Shown in pieces: positions 9,003-20,637 of a stretch of DNA of 64,000 nucleotides. The notes beneath the pieces were generated by a model that saw nothing but the letters and a program-made list of their open reading frames with translations, was not told the origin of the DNA and ran no database searches. The translations under genes were made by a program, and so were the position numbers. This DNA is from Eukaryota sp. GEM-RC1 (Eukaryota), in the NCBI GenBank assembly GCA_040285855.1, contig JAUFOQ010000016.1, positions 2,604,001-2,668,000 on the forward strand, given 5' to 3'. Position 1 is the first letter of the stretch, and every line of letters starts with the position of its first letter.

Positions 9003-9470
9003 TCAAAATTGAATCAAAATACCTAAACAATGCTTTGAAAAGGGAAAACGACAACCATCCTCTCCAGTAACTTTCATTAAAATTCTTTCCATACTGCTTA
9101 CACGATTTGCCCAAATCTGTGAGAAATTGTTGACCGAAGCAACCAAACGTTCTATAAAGAGAAATAGCAAAAAGATGGAAAACAAAAGGAGTGTGTCAGC
9201 GAGAATTCATCTTGGATATTAATTCGCCATAACGACCTAATTTTTTCCTTTCAGCAGTTTCAAGAGCTGAATAGTTTTAGTCTAACATTTCGCTAAAAGA
9301 AGTTGAGTTACAAGGATCAACCGTAGTAAAGTCCATAAAAAAATAATCTGAATTGTTGAAAATATTTGGATACAAGGACAATGGCAAATGACGGAATTGG
9401 AGGGGTCGCGTCGCAATGTTAGCCAAAGGCTTTACTACAGTCATGAAGCCCTTCTCTTTTATAAACAACT
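9003..9470 (-). mobile_element. Degenerate RLE-type non-LTR retrotransposon C-terminal remnant
   Basis: FFMDFTTVDPC...ALETAERKKLGRY...PFVFSIF...WANRV, homologous to the 60798-61400 copy. Confidence 0.65.
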
Positions 9471-10464
9471 TTTCCTTACTTCCAACAATATTTTGACACC
9501 AATAAGTATCAACATTGTTGTTTGTTGTAATTGTAAAGCAGAGAGCGCCTTTTGCAAAGATTCGGGATACGCTTTTTTTTATGAAGGGGACTTTCCAATA
9601 TAAATAATGACCAGCAAATTGTTTTGCATTGAGGGTCTGAAATGAAGTTTCAAAGACATAAGATCATCAGGTGACTTTGGAACATTATAAGTTCCAATGT
9701 ACATATACTCTAGTTACTTCACAGAGTTTCAGAGCACAAAGACCAACTCGATTGGTGAATTGCATGAGTCCAAATATTGGAATATATTGCATAAACAACA
9801 GTCGTACAATAAATATATTTTATTGTACTACTGTATTGGAACAACTACAGTACAATATTTGTTGCCATGTAATGCAATACAATAGCTTTTTGCGATACCT
9901 GACTGGAATGTATCACCAATATGTTGTTACAATGTAAGTTTGAATTAATTAATTCATGTACTGTTTATTGTTTTGTTTCAGATTGCAGGTATGTTGAAAG
10001 AAGAATCGCATCATATTCTCATGTTTTTGAAAACATCAAATCATTCAAAGAAAAAGAAAAACCTTCCTCATCATCATCCAAAGTCTTCCAATCATCCCCA
10101 AATACCTGAAGAACTATCAAATTTGTAAATGTATGTATTTTTTTAAAACAAACACATCAAATTGACGAAGAGTTTCTCCTTCATCAAAGTCACCACATTA
10201 CAGTATTAATTTATTGAAGATGACAAATATTGTAGATTAAAATAAAACCAAACTCATTCCATTGACAAATATAGACTCAAATTTAACGTAGAATGTCAAC
10301 GTTTTGCCCAGTTGATAAAAAAAACAGTAGATAAAAAAAATAAAGTGAACGGCTAGACTCCAATAAATAAAAGAAGGGACCAACAAAAAGCAAAATTACA
10401 AAAAGATAATAAACAAACGTCTCTTTTAAAAAGAGCAAAACAAACTTCTCAACCCCAAAAAACC

Positions 10465-11643
10465 TTACACAGCTCCCTTAATAATAGAATTACTCGTACT
10501 ATCAAACTTATTTAAATATTCCTCCACCAAATCATCATCAAAATCTTCCAAATCCAAATCAGCCAACATTGAATCAGTCATTACTGGTGACGATGGCTCT
10601 GGAACTTTCTCCTTGGCTTCCAAAGACTCATCAAAGGAGTTATCGTTAAACGATTGCGCATCAAATGAAACGTCATAGTAAACGTCATCATGATTGGAGT
10701 GAACACGTTGAGAGGATATCGACAAGGGAGATTCACTTTGGATAAGGTCTTGTTGAGCAGCAGAAGCAGCCAGAAGAGAAGTGACTGGAGAGTCTTTGGA
10801 CACAAATGAAGGATTCTTGAAGAGTAGAGCTTCAATCTTTTTGATGTACTGGTCACGTTGAGAGAGTTTTTCAGTCAGTTCTTTGTTTTTGCTCACGAGG
10901 TAGGCAACTCTTCTTGCTGCACCAATCAACTGTGATTGAAGTTTGCTGAGCTCTTTTTGATGTGTAGATCTTGTTTTGGCAAGTGCGTTTCTGAGAGTCG
11001 AAAGTGATTGATCTTTCTCTGTTAAAGTCCTTGTCAGAGTTTTTTGTTCATCCAGCAACTTTTTCACACGAACTTGAAGCCCGGAATTAACAGATCGATC
11101 TGGTTTGGGAAGAGAGGAAGACTGAAAAGAAGTAGAAGGACGGCTCTCGTGGAGAACTTCATTGGTGAGTTCTTTATACACACGGTCTTGACGCTTTTTT
11201 CGTTCTGATCGAGGTTTTGGAACGGCTACAGACGATAGAAGTCCTGATCTAAGGTTTCCAATGGTGTCTTCGAGATTATTGATACGTTCTGAGGCAGAGG
11301 AGAGAGCTTTGCGGGACTGAGAGAGTTCTGTTGATAGTTGGTTGTTGATGTCAAAGGAATCTTGTAGAGACGAAGCCAATTTACGGATTTTTTCACTGGC
11401 AGAGATTGATTGTTTAGAGAAATCATCACGAACTTGTTGGATTTTTGAAAGAGAGTTCAGCGTTTTTCGATTCGAAGATTTGGTTGACCCGCTGTGCTTT
11501 TTTTCAAAGAGCGTTGTAGTGTACGGATGTCTGAAGATATCGAAGGAGATGGAGGAGCAGACATTTAAGGATGGAAGAGCATTACAAACGAAAAAATTGC
11601 AATGCAAATCTAGATTCTGATCAAAATTAGTTCTGCATTTCAT
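10465..11643 (-). CDS. Coiled-coil protein of unknown function
   Basis: 392-aa ORF with heptad-rich segments and an acidic tail; true start uncertain. Confidence 0.7.
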   Translation of the reverse strand: MKCRTNFDQNLDLHCNFFVCNALPSLNVCSSISFDIFRHPYTTTLFEKKHSGSTKSSNRKTLNSLSKIQQVRDDFSKQSISASEKIRKLASSLQDSFDINNQLSTELSQSRKALSSASERINNLEDTIGNLRSGLLSSVAVPKPRSERKKRQDRVYKELTNEVLHESRPSTSFQSSSLPKPDRSVNSGLQVRVKKLLDEQKTLTRTLTEKDQSLSTLRNALAKTRSTHQKELSKLQSQLIGAARRVAYLVSKNKELTEKLSQRDQYIKKIEALLFKNPSFVSKDSPVTSLLAASAAQQDLIQSESPLSISSQRVHSNHDDVYYDVSFDAQSFNDNSFDESLEAKEKVPEPSSPVMTDSMLADLDLEDFDDDLVEEYLNKFDSTSNSIIKGAV

Positions 11644-12478
11644 TGAATTCCCCTTGAGACATCTGGAGGTTTATATATCAAAAACATCTATGAACTAAAA
11701 CAAACTGATTGCTTTGAATAAGTCAATTGTTCTTCAATTTTTGTTCCCTTAACATATGGCAACTAAGACCAGATGATATTAGGCATATAAATATTTTCAA
11801 GTTTAATTCGAGTACCAAAGAAATATACTGTACCCTGCCATCGTTAAACGAAAACACATTCATATTATTTTGATTTTAGTCATCTATATAGTGTTTTATA
11901 AACGAAATAATTGAGAAAAATAGACATCCTGCTATTCAAAAAAAACTTAAACGAGAAAAAAACGAACGAACATCATTCTTATAAACAACATTCAACAAGT
12001 AATTAGTATCACTCTAATTGAACAGCAGACCAGCAATCGAAGTCATCTCCTGATCTTTCGAAAACATATCAGATAAAAATTTGTACAAAACACAGAGCTC
12101 TTGATCCTCAAGACAAAAAATGTATGACAATTTGAAAAAACAAGTGTTATGTAGAGGAATGTACGTTGATGCATACATTTTCGAATATCTGTTCAAAACA
12201 ATATATTCTAACAATTCCGACGTCTGTGTTGATCATAACATTATAACCCACATTCTTTTTGTTTCTTCCATGATTAATAGACACGAACAACAGTTCTTCA
12301 TATAATGATAAAAGCTGACATTCAAAACTATTCATATATTGAGAATGCATATGATAAATGAAATTACAACAGTCAGTTTATCCTAAACGTACAATATACT
12401 GGCAATAATTCAATTAATTCAAAACTACTCAAGAAAACCAAAAAATTCCTCAATAAAATAACAATGTAAACCAAACTA

Positions 12479-14275
12479 CTATAAATTAAAACCTCTACAA
12501 AAATTTCGAAGCAACGACAATCTCAGGGGTAATAATCCTGTGTCCTCTCCAGAATCCATTAGTTCCAAGCAATGAAGCTTAGATACAAGTCTGAGAGTAG
12601 ATTCAGGGGACAGGAGACAATCTTCTTGTTCTAATAAAGATGTACTCAAATAAAGCACATCTTCAACATGAGTCAAACCAATTTCATGAATATTTAAAAA
12701 TTCAGTGAGTGCGTCAGCTGCGTTCTGTAGCTGACCCTCATCAATTAGTGATTTGATTGATTGCAGTTGTGAGAGCTCTTCTGATTCCAATGCGTACGAA
12801 TTAGGAAACTGTACTAATGTTGACTCAATTCCTAAATTTTGAAATACATTCGATGCTTTAATCGGATGATGTCCTAATTTAAATAAAACTCCACCCGACG
12901 ACTGTAGACCTTGATCCATGCAAAACCCACCAAAATTTTGAAATATTTGATCTCCCGCCGTCGCATCAACCTCTCTGGCCATTGCAGCTACATTAACACA
13001 ACTCTTCAAGTCAGAAACATCTCCACGTTGAGAATACTTTAACAAAAACCTTGCTAGATTAGTCCTGAAACAAGATCCTGGAAAGTCTAAAAAAGCCTTC
13101 AGTAGTGATGGCCTCCCGTCGTTAACTAAAGGTAAAAGGCTCGATGCGTAGTTGTAGACGAAGTGATTAAAAACTGATTGGGGATATAGAGAAGGATATA
13201 CTAAATGAATGAAACCAGAGAAAAACAAACAAAAGAACTCACTAAATTCAAAATTAGTGATAGCTAATAGTAGACCCGCCGCGTCTAAGTCAATTGCACT
13301 AACAAACACATCGTGTTGTTCTTTAGGGACTGATTCAGCAGAGTAATGTTCAGAAAAGGCGTCAATACGGAAGAATGACTCAAGAAGTCTCGAGACTTCA
13401 AACACGTAAACGTCTGAATCATTATGAATCACAAAGGTAGAAAATGCCGTCATCCATTGGGTTTGATTGAGCTCAATCAAAAACTTTGTTATGATCTCAG
13501 GATCACATAACAGCAAACCAACAATCTCAACCAAAAACGATGACTCATCAACATGAACATTCTCATCCAACAAAGTACGAAAGTTCTCCATATCCTGAAC
13601 CCACTTCCCAAACTCACTTTTACTTTTAGATTTGATACTTGACCGTAGAGATAACAAGTAGCTTAGACCCTCCCAAAGCTCGGTGGTGGGACTGTCCACT
13701 CCACGTAGGGCTATGCTGATCACGACAGAAGCGTCAGAGAAACGACCAGTAATGAGTAGGGTTTTGAGAACGTCTTCAAAGTAAGGTAAGTCAAGATCAA
13801 GGGATTCGTGTGAGGTGGGTATAGGAGGAAGTTCTGCCTGGAGCCATAGGGAGAGGTCTTGGGCAATAGAATGAGAGGATGGGTTGAGAAGAAAGATCTC
13901 TGACCAATACCAGATGGAAAGCAACATTCGTAGAGAGAGGAATGAGCGTTGTTGGTCATCGTCAAGTGAATCTGGGTTTAATCGGGAAAGCTCAGATGCA
14001 ATAATGGCACGGATCGCTTCTGATCGTTTTAGAACGGTTAATCGATTGATGGCTTGTTCTGAACAAGAAGAAGACATTGAAGATACTAGAGACTTGAATT
14101 GAGCTATGGATTCATATATTAAGATGGGATGTTCGAGGTGTTTGGGGGTACTTAAAGAAACGTAACCTTCTATTTGATTAGAGGAAGTAAGATGAATAAA
14201 TCCTGATGCATCTGGTATAAGTAATGGCGGACATGCATCATCAAAGGAGACGTTGTATTGGGTCGGTTCAACCAT
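12479..14275 (-). CDS. Alpha-solenoid protein, Nup85-like nucleoporin
   Basis: 598 aa. IWYWSEIFLL...LSLWLQ...LLITGRFSDA resembles conserved Nup85 blocks. Confidence 0.55.
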   Translation of the reverse strand: MVEPTQYNVSFDDACPPLLIPDASGFIHLTSSNQIEGYVSLSTPKHLEHPILIYESIAQFKSLVSSMSSSCSEQAINRLTVLKRSEAIRAIIASELSRLNPDSLDDDQQRSFLSLRMLLSIWYWSEIFLLNPSSHSIAQDLSLWLQAELPPIPTSHESLDLDLPYFEDVLKTLLITGRFSDASVVISIALRGVDSPTTELWEGLSYLLSLRSSIKSKSKSEFGKWVQDMENFRTLLDENVHVDESSFLVEIVGLLLCDPEIITKFLIELNQTQWMTAFSTFVIHNDSDVYVFEVSRLLESFFRIDAFSEHYSAESVPKEQHDVFVSAIDLDAAGLLLAITNFEFSEFFCLFFSGFIHLVYPSLYPQSVFNHFVYNYASSLLPLVNDGRPSLLKAFLDFPGSCFRTNLARFLLKYSQRGDVSDLKSCVNVAAMAREVDATAGDQIFQNFGGFCMDQGLQSSGGVLFKLGHHPIKASNVFQNLGIESTLVQFPNSYALESEELSQLQSIKSLIDEGQLQNAADALTEFLNIHEIGLTHVEDVLYLSTSLLEQEDCLLSPESTLRLVSKLHCLELMDSGEDTGLLPLRLSLLRNFCRGFNL

Positions 14276-14743
14276 CCTAGGAATTTGCAGTTAGAATTTC
14301 TTCTTCATTGTTGGTACATCATCTTTCACTTCATTTGAAACAAGATCTAGTTTTTTCTCAGGAGAAATCGCGCTTCAACATTGACAGAATCTTCGTATCT
14401 CTTCTTCAGTAAACTCAATCTCTGTCCATTGCAATGCAATGAGTTGTGTAGGGACCTTCACAACTTTTCCTCTCAGTAGATGATGAATCTACCCAAAACA
14501 AATACTTCAATTTCGATCTGAGTATGAAAACACTCATTCTTTATTCTGTATTGATTCTACCATCAGCCAGTTTGAGCCTATACTGGATATTTACGAGTTA
14601 TCTCGGTAAGTTATGAGTTGTATAAGTTGTTTTGTTGGTACTAGTACTAGGACATCCTGTCTATAGGATGTGAAGATGGTTTGAGTTTTTCTCTTTTCTA
14701 CACAGATTTATTCAAAATTTAAATTTAGCAGAAGTAAGGTTTA

Positions 14744-15223
14744 TTACTCGTTCTTTCGACTCGATCCACTCAAATTGAAAAATTTAATTTTTTGATAACT
14801 TTTGAACAACTGTTTCAGGCAGTTCATTGTGATTATCAACCAGACTGTCATTTGAATCACACACGCTATTCTCTGAAATAGAACTGAAATCGGCAACACT
14901 CTAGACCTTTGTTGAGTTTTCATCAATAAAATAAGAAAGAAGTTGAAGAACAATAGTGATGGTATAATAGTTGTCAGAGCAACAAATGTATCGAATACAA
15001 ACCAAGTATCATTGACTGGAATTTTCCAATGTCTTAGAGGTCTTGTTTTGATTTTGTAAGTGGATCTGCAGATTTCACAGTTTTTGGCGTTCTTTTGGAC
15101 CATCCATTTCTTAAGACATTCTGTATGCATCAACTGCAGTGAGCCATCACATTCACAGAATCTATGCAGAGAATCTATGAGATCATCGTCAAAGCAGATT
15201 CTACATTCACGTGACATTGACAT
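14744..15223 (-). CDS. MARCH-type RING-CH (RINGv) membrane E3 ubiquitin ligase
   Basis: CRIC...CECDGSLQLMHTECLKKW...CEIC followed by two hydrophobic helices. Confidence 0.9.
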   Translation of the reverse strand: MSMSRECRICFDDDLIDSLHRFCECDGSLQLMHTECLKKWMVQKNAKNCEICRSTYKIKTRPLRHWKIPVNDTWFVFDTFVALTTIIPSLLFFNFFLILLMKTQQRSRVLPISVLFQRIACVIQMTVWLIITMNCLKQLFKSYQKIKFFNLSGSSRKNE

Positions 15224-15636
15224 AATAAAAAGAGATAATAAAATGGTTTTACTAATTTAACGATTGTACTAGCCTTGAGTTAGTATTCTTCGTATCTTAT
15301 TCGCAAAGTTCGTAGTATTTGAAAGTTCCTGTTCGCCAATAAATTTCCAAGTGATAGATCACAACTAAAACGCAGTTCATGACCACTTTGTTGTGAGCAA
15401 CATGTTAAAACCCTTCTTGATGAGCCGGGATTTACAAAAAGATTTAGCAAATTCTTTATGTTTTGAATCAGTTTTTAAAAAATCAATCTTCGGAGGATAA
15501 ACAACTACACTGTACTGCTCTTCTCAAACAAAATGTATTAGTACATAACAAGTCTCAATACAAAATTAGATTGAATGTTAATTAATAATTATCAACAAAA
15601 ATATTATCTCCTTGTAAATCCTCTTCCAATTCTCTC

Positions 15637-16218
15637 ATGTTCAACGACACCCCTCGTTTCCGTGAAGCACTCAGTATTATTGACAAATGTTCCACTTCTA
15701 AACTTCACCGTTTTCTTTCTCTTATAGTGGAAATTGTTACAAAGAAGCGCTCTTCTCTAACACCAGAAGAACTTTCTGAGTTTCCAGAAGCTCTGCGTGT
15801 TTCGGAAGAAGAGTTCTCGACTCTACATTCAGCTTGTTACTATATTCTGGAGCAATGTATTTATATCGATCCTTCAGTTGAAGACCTCTCATCAGAACTT
15901 TCTTCGCTTGGACTGTCTCAAAAGAAACTCAATGCACTTCTGGACATTTGGACCAACAACTCTGAACAACTTCTTTTGACCGCCAGAGATCGCCATTTGG
16001 CTGGAAGACAATATCTTGCCAACTCGAGTTGGAAACTTTCAGGAACTGTTGCTCACACTGACCAATCTTCTACTTTCATTCCCAATGTTCTTCTTAATCT
16101 AGAGTTGACTGATGGAAGGAGTTCTGTGGAGTCTCATTCGTTACAGTTCAATAAGGAACAGCTTGAGTCTTTATTCCAAAACATTGAAGACATTGCAGCT
16201 AAAGTTGATAGTCTATAA
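15637..16218 (+). CDS. COMMD10: COMM domain-containing protein 10
   Basis: N-terminus FNDTPRFREALSII, plus a C-terminal COMM domain (WKL...PNVLLNLEL...LQFNKEQLESLFQNIEDI). Confidence 0.8.
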   Translation: MFNDTPRFREALSIIDKCSTSKLHRFLSLIVEIVTKKRSSLTPEELSEFPEALRVSEEEFSTLHSACYYILEQCIYIDPSVEDLSSELSSLGLSQKKLNALLDIWTNNSEQLLLTARDRHLAGRQYLANSSWKLSGTVAHTDQSSTFIPNVLLNLELTDGRSSVESHSLQFNKEQLESLFQNIEDIAAKVDSL

Positions 16219-16291
16219 GTTATTTCATGTACATTGTTGTTGTTGGTAAGATAAATATCGTCTGGCTTTCTTATTCAAACAACAGGGTTTA

Positions 16292-16665
16292 CTAACTAGA
16301 TACTGAGCGATTCAGAATCTCTTCCAGAAGAAGTTCAGACACTTTTTCCATGTTTGTCATGGCTTCTTCTTCCATTTCCGCAATAAACTTGTCCGTTTTC
16401 TCATCCAGATCAGTTTTAAACGAACTTATACCTCCAAGTTTCTGAAATAAGAAGTCTGTAAAGAAGATACTTCTTTGGCGTAATTATCAATCTCTTGATC
16501 CTTTTCAAGTTGAAGTTGTTGGATAGTTTGTTCAGCTTCTCGTTTGGAATCTAAAAGTTTTTGATTCCGCATTTGTCGGGCTTCTTCTATCATTTTAGCA
16601 GCTTCAGTTTCTGCTTGTAGTAATTGGTCGATGCCAGAGCGGTCAAAGACAGGGTTTGAAGTCAT
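16292..16665 (-). CDS. ATP6V1G: V-type ATPase subunit G, 2 exons
   Basis: GIDQLLQAETEA...AR...KLLDSKREA. Removing intron 16442-16470 gives YAKE|KLGGISSFKTDL...LLEEILNRSVSS*. Confidence 0.9.
16442..16470 (-). other. 29-nt spliceosomal intron
   Basis: GTATCT...CTTAT-TTCAG; splicing restores the V-ATPase G frame. Confidence 0.85.
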
Positions 16666-16757
16666 AAGGTTTGACTGAATTGACTTAGATGTTTTCTTGT
16701 TGTGTGTTTTTCTCCACACTTAAATCCGCTTTTGTATTTTTGGACTACTAGAACATT

Positions 16758-18116
16758 ATGCGGCTCCTCGTCTCCCTCCTTTTCATTATCATTGTAACTG
16801 CTCACACTGCGAGAGAATGGCAGGCTAGATCCATTTACCAAATCATTACCGATCGATTTGCTGTCAATCCCCATACAACTCCTCATAAATGCACTAATCT
16901 GTGGAATTATTGTGGTGGAACATTCAAGGGCATCACATCCAAACTATCCTACATCAAAAGTCTCGGCTACGACGCTATCTGGATCTCTCCCATCCCTGAG
17001 AACTACAAGGATTCCTATCATGGATATGCCACTACAAATTTCTACAACATTAACCCTTTCTTTGGATCACAACAGGACCTACGCCAGCTCATTGCCTCTG
17101 CACATAACCTGGACATTTGGGTGATGCTCGATGTAGTGGCAAACCATGTAGCTCCTGTGGAAGACGATTTTGACTATTCCTCTATATATCCATTTAATCA
17201 AACCAGTCATTATCATCCCGTCTGCCAAGTGGTCGATTATACCAATCAAACTGAGGTTGAAGTGTGTCGTGTTTTTAACCTGCCTGATTTGGACCAATCA
17301 AACCCTTTTGTCAGAGCTAAATTGATTGACTGGGTCAAAAGTGTTGTTAATTATTTTAAATTTGATGGAATCCGGATCGACACCGTCCCCCACGTTCCCT
17401 TTAATTTCTGGAAAGAGTACACGTCAGCAGCCGGTGTTTTCAGTACTGGAGAGGTGTTCAACGGCAACCCCGAATACGTTGGCCACTACCAAGGCGCAAT
17501 GGATTCCCTCCTAAACTATCCTCTTTATTTCACTTTAAAGAATGTGTTTGGAAAAGGAGAAACAATGTGGTGGTTTAGACTTCACTATGAAGGAATTGAG
17601 AAGTACTTCTCCGATCCAAACTCTTTAGTTAATTTCATTGATAACCACGACAACCCAAGGTTCCTAAGTGAATTCCCCTCTCTCAGCAGCTACAAGGCAG
17701 CTCTCTCCTTTGTTTTCTTCTCTACAGGAATCCCTGTTGGATACTACGGTTCTGAACAGCTGTATGATGGTGGTAGTGATCCTGAGAATAGGGAACCATT
17801 GTGGAGGTCGGGATATCAGTGGACCGAAATGAGTGAGTTTTTCTTGAAGTTGAATAAGTTTAGGAGAGAAGCTCGGTTGTTTGAGCTGGAACAAGAGGAG
17901 TTGTATGTTGATGATGAGGTTTATGTATTTGGAAGAGGAAATTATGTGTTTGCGTTTACTAATTCTGATGAAGATCAGTTTAGGCAGGTGGACAATCATC
18001 CGTTTGATGAAGGACAGGTTGTATGTAACTATTTTTGGCCCTCTGATTGTGTCGAGATTACTGACGGTCAGCTGCCTCTCGTTTTGGAAGGTGGGGAAGT
18101 GAAAGTGTTTTTCTAG
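16758..18116 (+). CDS. Secreted alpha-amylase (GH13, Taka-amylase-like)
   Basis: Signal peptide; SIYQIITDRF, GYDAIWISP, DVVANH, catalytic GIRIDTVPHV, GEV and FIDNHD. Confidence 0.95.
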   Translation: MRLLVSLLFIIIVTAHTAREWQARSIYQIITDRFAVNPHTTPHKCTNLWNYCGGTFKGITSKLSYIKSLGYDAIWISPIPENYKDSYHGYATTNFYNINPFFGSQQDLRQLIASAHNLDIWVMLDVVANHVAPVEDDFDYSSIYPFNQTSHYHPVCQVVDYTNQTEVEVCRVFNLPDLDQSNPFVRAKLIDWVKSVVNYFKFDGIRIDTVPHVPFNFWKEYTSAAGVFSTGEVFNGNPEYVGHYQGAMDSLLNYPLYFTLKNVFGKGETMWWFRLHYEGIEKYFSDPNSLVNFIDNHDNPRFLSEFPSLSSYKAALSFVFFSTGIPVGYYGSEQLYDGGSDPENREPLWRSGYQWTEMSEFFLKLNKFRREARLFELEQEELYVDDEVYVFGRGNYVFAFTNSDEDQFRQVDNHPFDEGQVVCNYFWPSDCVEITDGQLPLVLEGGEVKVFF

Positions 18117-18504
18117 TATAAGACGTGTAGTATGTTCTTATTTTTTCTGTCCAATGTATTATTTATGTATGTTCATATCTGTACAGAATGTTCTTTGAAA
18201 TATCTTGATGTGTTTGTTGTTGCTAGTTCATCGTTTTTAGACCATAGTCGTTGTAAGTATTACTTATTAATACTTCGTAGTATATTGGTAATGGTGAAAC
18301 AATGTTAGAAACATAAGAATCTGTGTAGCATATCCTCCTTTCTGGAGCTCTAAGTTCTCAAGAACTTTGGAGAGTTACATTAAGACATAACAATAAAATT
18401 ATTGGGTCTGGATTCGTTGTTGGAAGTAAGTGATTTTGAAGGATAGATTGCCAAGTCAAGTGCAATGTTGAGTAATTCTCTCATCAGGATTAGATTGGAT
18501 CTCA

Positions 18505-19749
18505 ATGCTATTCCGCCGGAGTCTAAGGCTAAGACTCCGTAGAAGAAGTCGTGCTACTCGGTTATTAGTCTCTCTGCTGTTTTGCATATCTCTGGCAACC
18601 TTCCTCTTCGTCTTCGTCTTTTCCTCTTCTGATAGTGAACATTATGCTAATCACTCCCCTCATTCTTCTTATCCTACATACTCCCCTATCAAAACTCCTG
18701 AGAATGCCACACGCCATGTCCACACTTCTCCTGAATCTTCCTCACTACCCCCGGGCAAGCTCCCCTACAAAGGCGGTACCATTGACGCTGTTGTCACTTT
18801 TGTCAATGGATCAGATCCAGCGTGGCAAGCTGCACGCAGAGAACGCCTAAAGTCCATGGGCCGTACTTACACTGAGGAATTCCAATGGAAGGACAACAAT
18901 GAACTTGTCTACTGCCTTCGCGGTCTATGGCACAACGTTCCTCAACTACGTCATGTTTGGCTGGTCATTGCTTCACCAACTCAGATTCCAACTTGGCTGG
19001 ACATGAATAATCCATATATTTCAGTTGTTTATCATGACGAGATCTTTCCAAATCCTGAGCACCTACCATCTTTCAGTAGTTATGCCATTGAGAGTAACTT
19101 ATGGAGAATTCCCCACTTATCAGATGATTTCATCTATCTTAATGATGACTTCTTCATTGTCAATGAGCTCCCTGATGCTCTAGTTAGAGACTTAGAAGGG
19201 TACATGCAGATACACGTTGACCATCACAAGATCAATAGGCCTACTAATCAGTTTAGAAGAGGTTTAATCAATGCAGGGAGGATTCTGACAAGGAGGTTTG
19301 GTAGACCAAAAGGTTTGAAGACGTGGTATTCATTGGCTCACACGTTTTACGTTTGTAATAAGCCAATCATGAAAGAAACGTCGGAGGTTTTCTCTCATGC
19401 TTATTTGGAACTTAACAAGAATCCTTTCAGAACTGTTTCAGGTCTTCCTCATTTCATTTTCTTAGCTGGTCATTATTACGTACAGAGGACTATTGAAACT
19501 AAACATTCTGGGGAGTACAAGGCGAGGTACCATAAGTGCTTTGAGGATGAGTATGTGTACTGGAATTGGAGCGATACTAGTTATAAGAAGAACGATCGGT
19601 ATATTGCGTTAGTTAAGAAATTGCGTCCAGTTTCTGTGTGTATTAATGATGATCAAGCAACGAGGACACCTTCAATGCATAGTTACTTTTTGGACACGGT
19701 TAATGGCATGTTTCCTGAAGCTGCAGGGTGGGAAAAGAAGTCAGTTTAA
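18505..19749 (+). CDS. Stealth-family hexose-1-phosphate transferase (GNPTAB-like), type II membrane protein
   Basis: N-terminal TM helix; CR1 IDAVVTFVNGSDPAW; CR2 FSSYAIESNLWRIPHLSDDFIYLNDDFF; CR4 VCINDD. Confidence 0.9.
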   Translation: MLFRRSLRLRLRRRSRATRLLVSLLFCISLATFLFVFVFSSSDSEHYANHSPHSSYPTYSPIKTPENATRHVHTSPESSSLPPGKLPYKGGTIDAVVTFVNGSDPAWQAARRERLKSMGRTYTEEFQWKDNNELVYCLRGLWHNVPQLRHVWLVIASPTQIPTWLDMNNPYISVVYHDEIFPNPEHLPSFSSYAIESNLWRIPHLSDDFIYLNDDFFIVNELPDALVRDLEGYMQIHVDHHKINRPTNQFRRGLINAGRILTRRFGRPKGLKTWYSLAHTFYVCNKPIMKETSEVFSHAYLELNKNPFRTVSGLPHFIFLAGHYYVQRTIETKHSGEYKARYHKCFEDEYVYWNWSDTSYKKNDRYIALVKKLRPVSVCINDDQATRTPSMHSYFLDTVNGMFPEAAGWEKKSV

Positions 19750-20637
19750 CCCTGGTTTGTTTAGTGTGGTTTTGTATATTATTAGTTTTTTTGTCTATAT
19801 ATGTCGAATTTTAATCGATTTAACGGTGTCAATTAGTTAATCAGTTGAAAAGATCGAAGATTGTGAGTTTGGGATGAGTGACTATGTTAGAGCTTGCTCG
19901 TTGACTGTAGTATTGACTCAATGTTGAATTGTAGCAGATTATTTGGAAAAATAATTAAAAATAATAATTATAAAATAATAATAATTAAAACACTTTAAAA
20001 AAAATGAAGGATGTACTTTCTTTGAATGTATGATATCTACACATCTTACGTGAACACAGCCAGTATTCGGTGGCATTCTGAATTTTAATAAAAAATTCAA
20101 ATATATTAGTGGGCCAATTACAAACATAGTAAAAAGAAATGCTTGTATTGTAATTATTGTTTCATACAATTTGTTGGGAATAGTTTGATTCGCGGTCAAA
20201 TTATTTAAATTATTTAACACAAAGACCATACGTTAATTTGTCATTATTCACTTACCAATAGAAAATGCGGATTCATGTGCTGCTGAAAAATGACAACCAG
20301 AAACTAAATATAAATAAAGTCTATTAAATCAAACTATCTAATGGACCATCCATCATCGAAAAGTAGTTACCACCAAACAAGATGGCCAAAATAGAATCAA
20401 CACATCACTTAAAACACGAAAAAGCAAATTTCTCATTCAGACACCGAATAGAAGTTAATTTTTCAAAAATTGGTCATTTTCCTTTTCTTTATCGACTCTG
20501 ACTGTGTCATTTGCCAATATTCCTTTTAAGAACACGATTACTGAAATTACAATCGAGATTAAAGAATTCCACAATTCATTTTGAAGTATTTTCCACCAAA
20601 TAGGCTTAAACCTCTCTTTTGACGAAAACCATTCTTA

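Noticed and set aside
11990..12350. Further possible retrotransposon remnants here and at 26700-27120
   Set aside because: The similarity is too degraded to support by eye.
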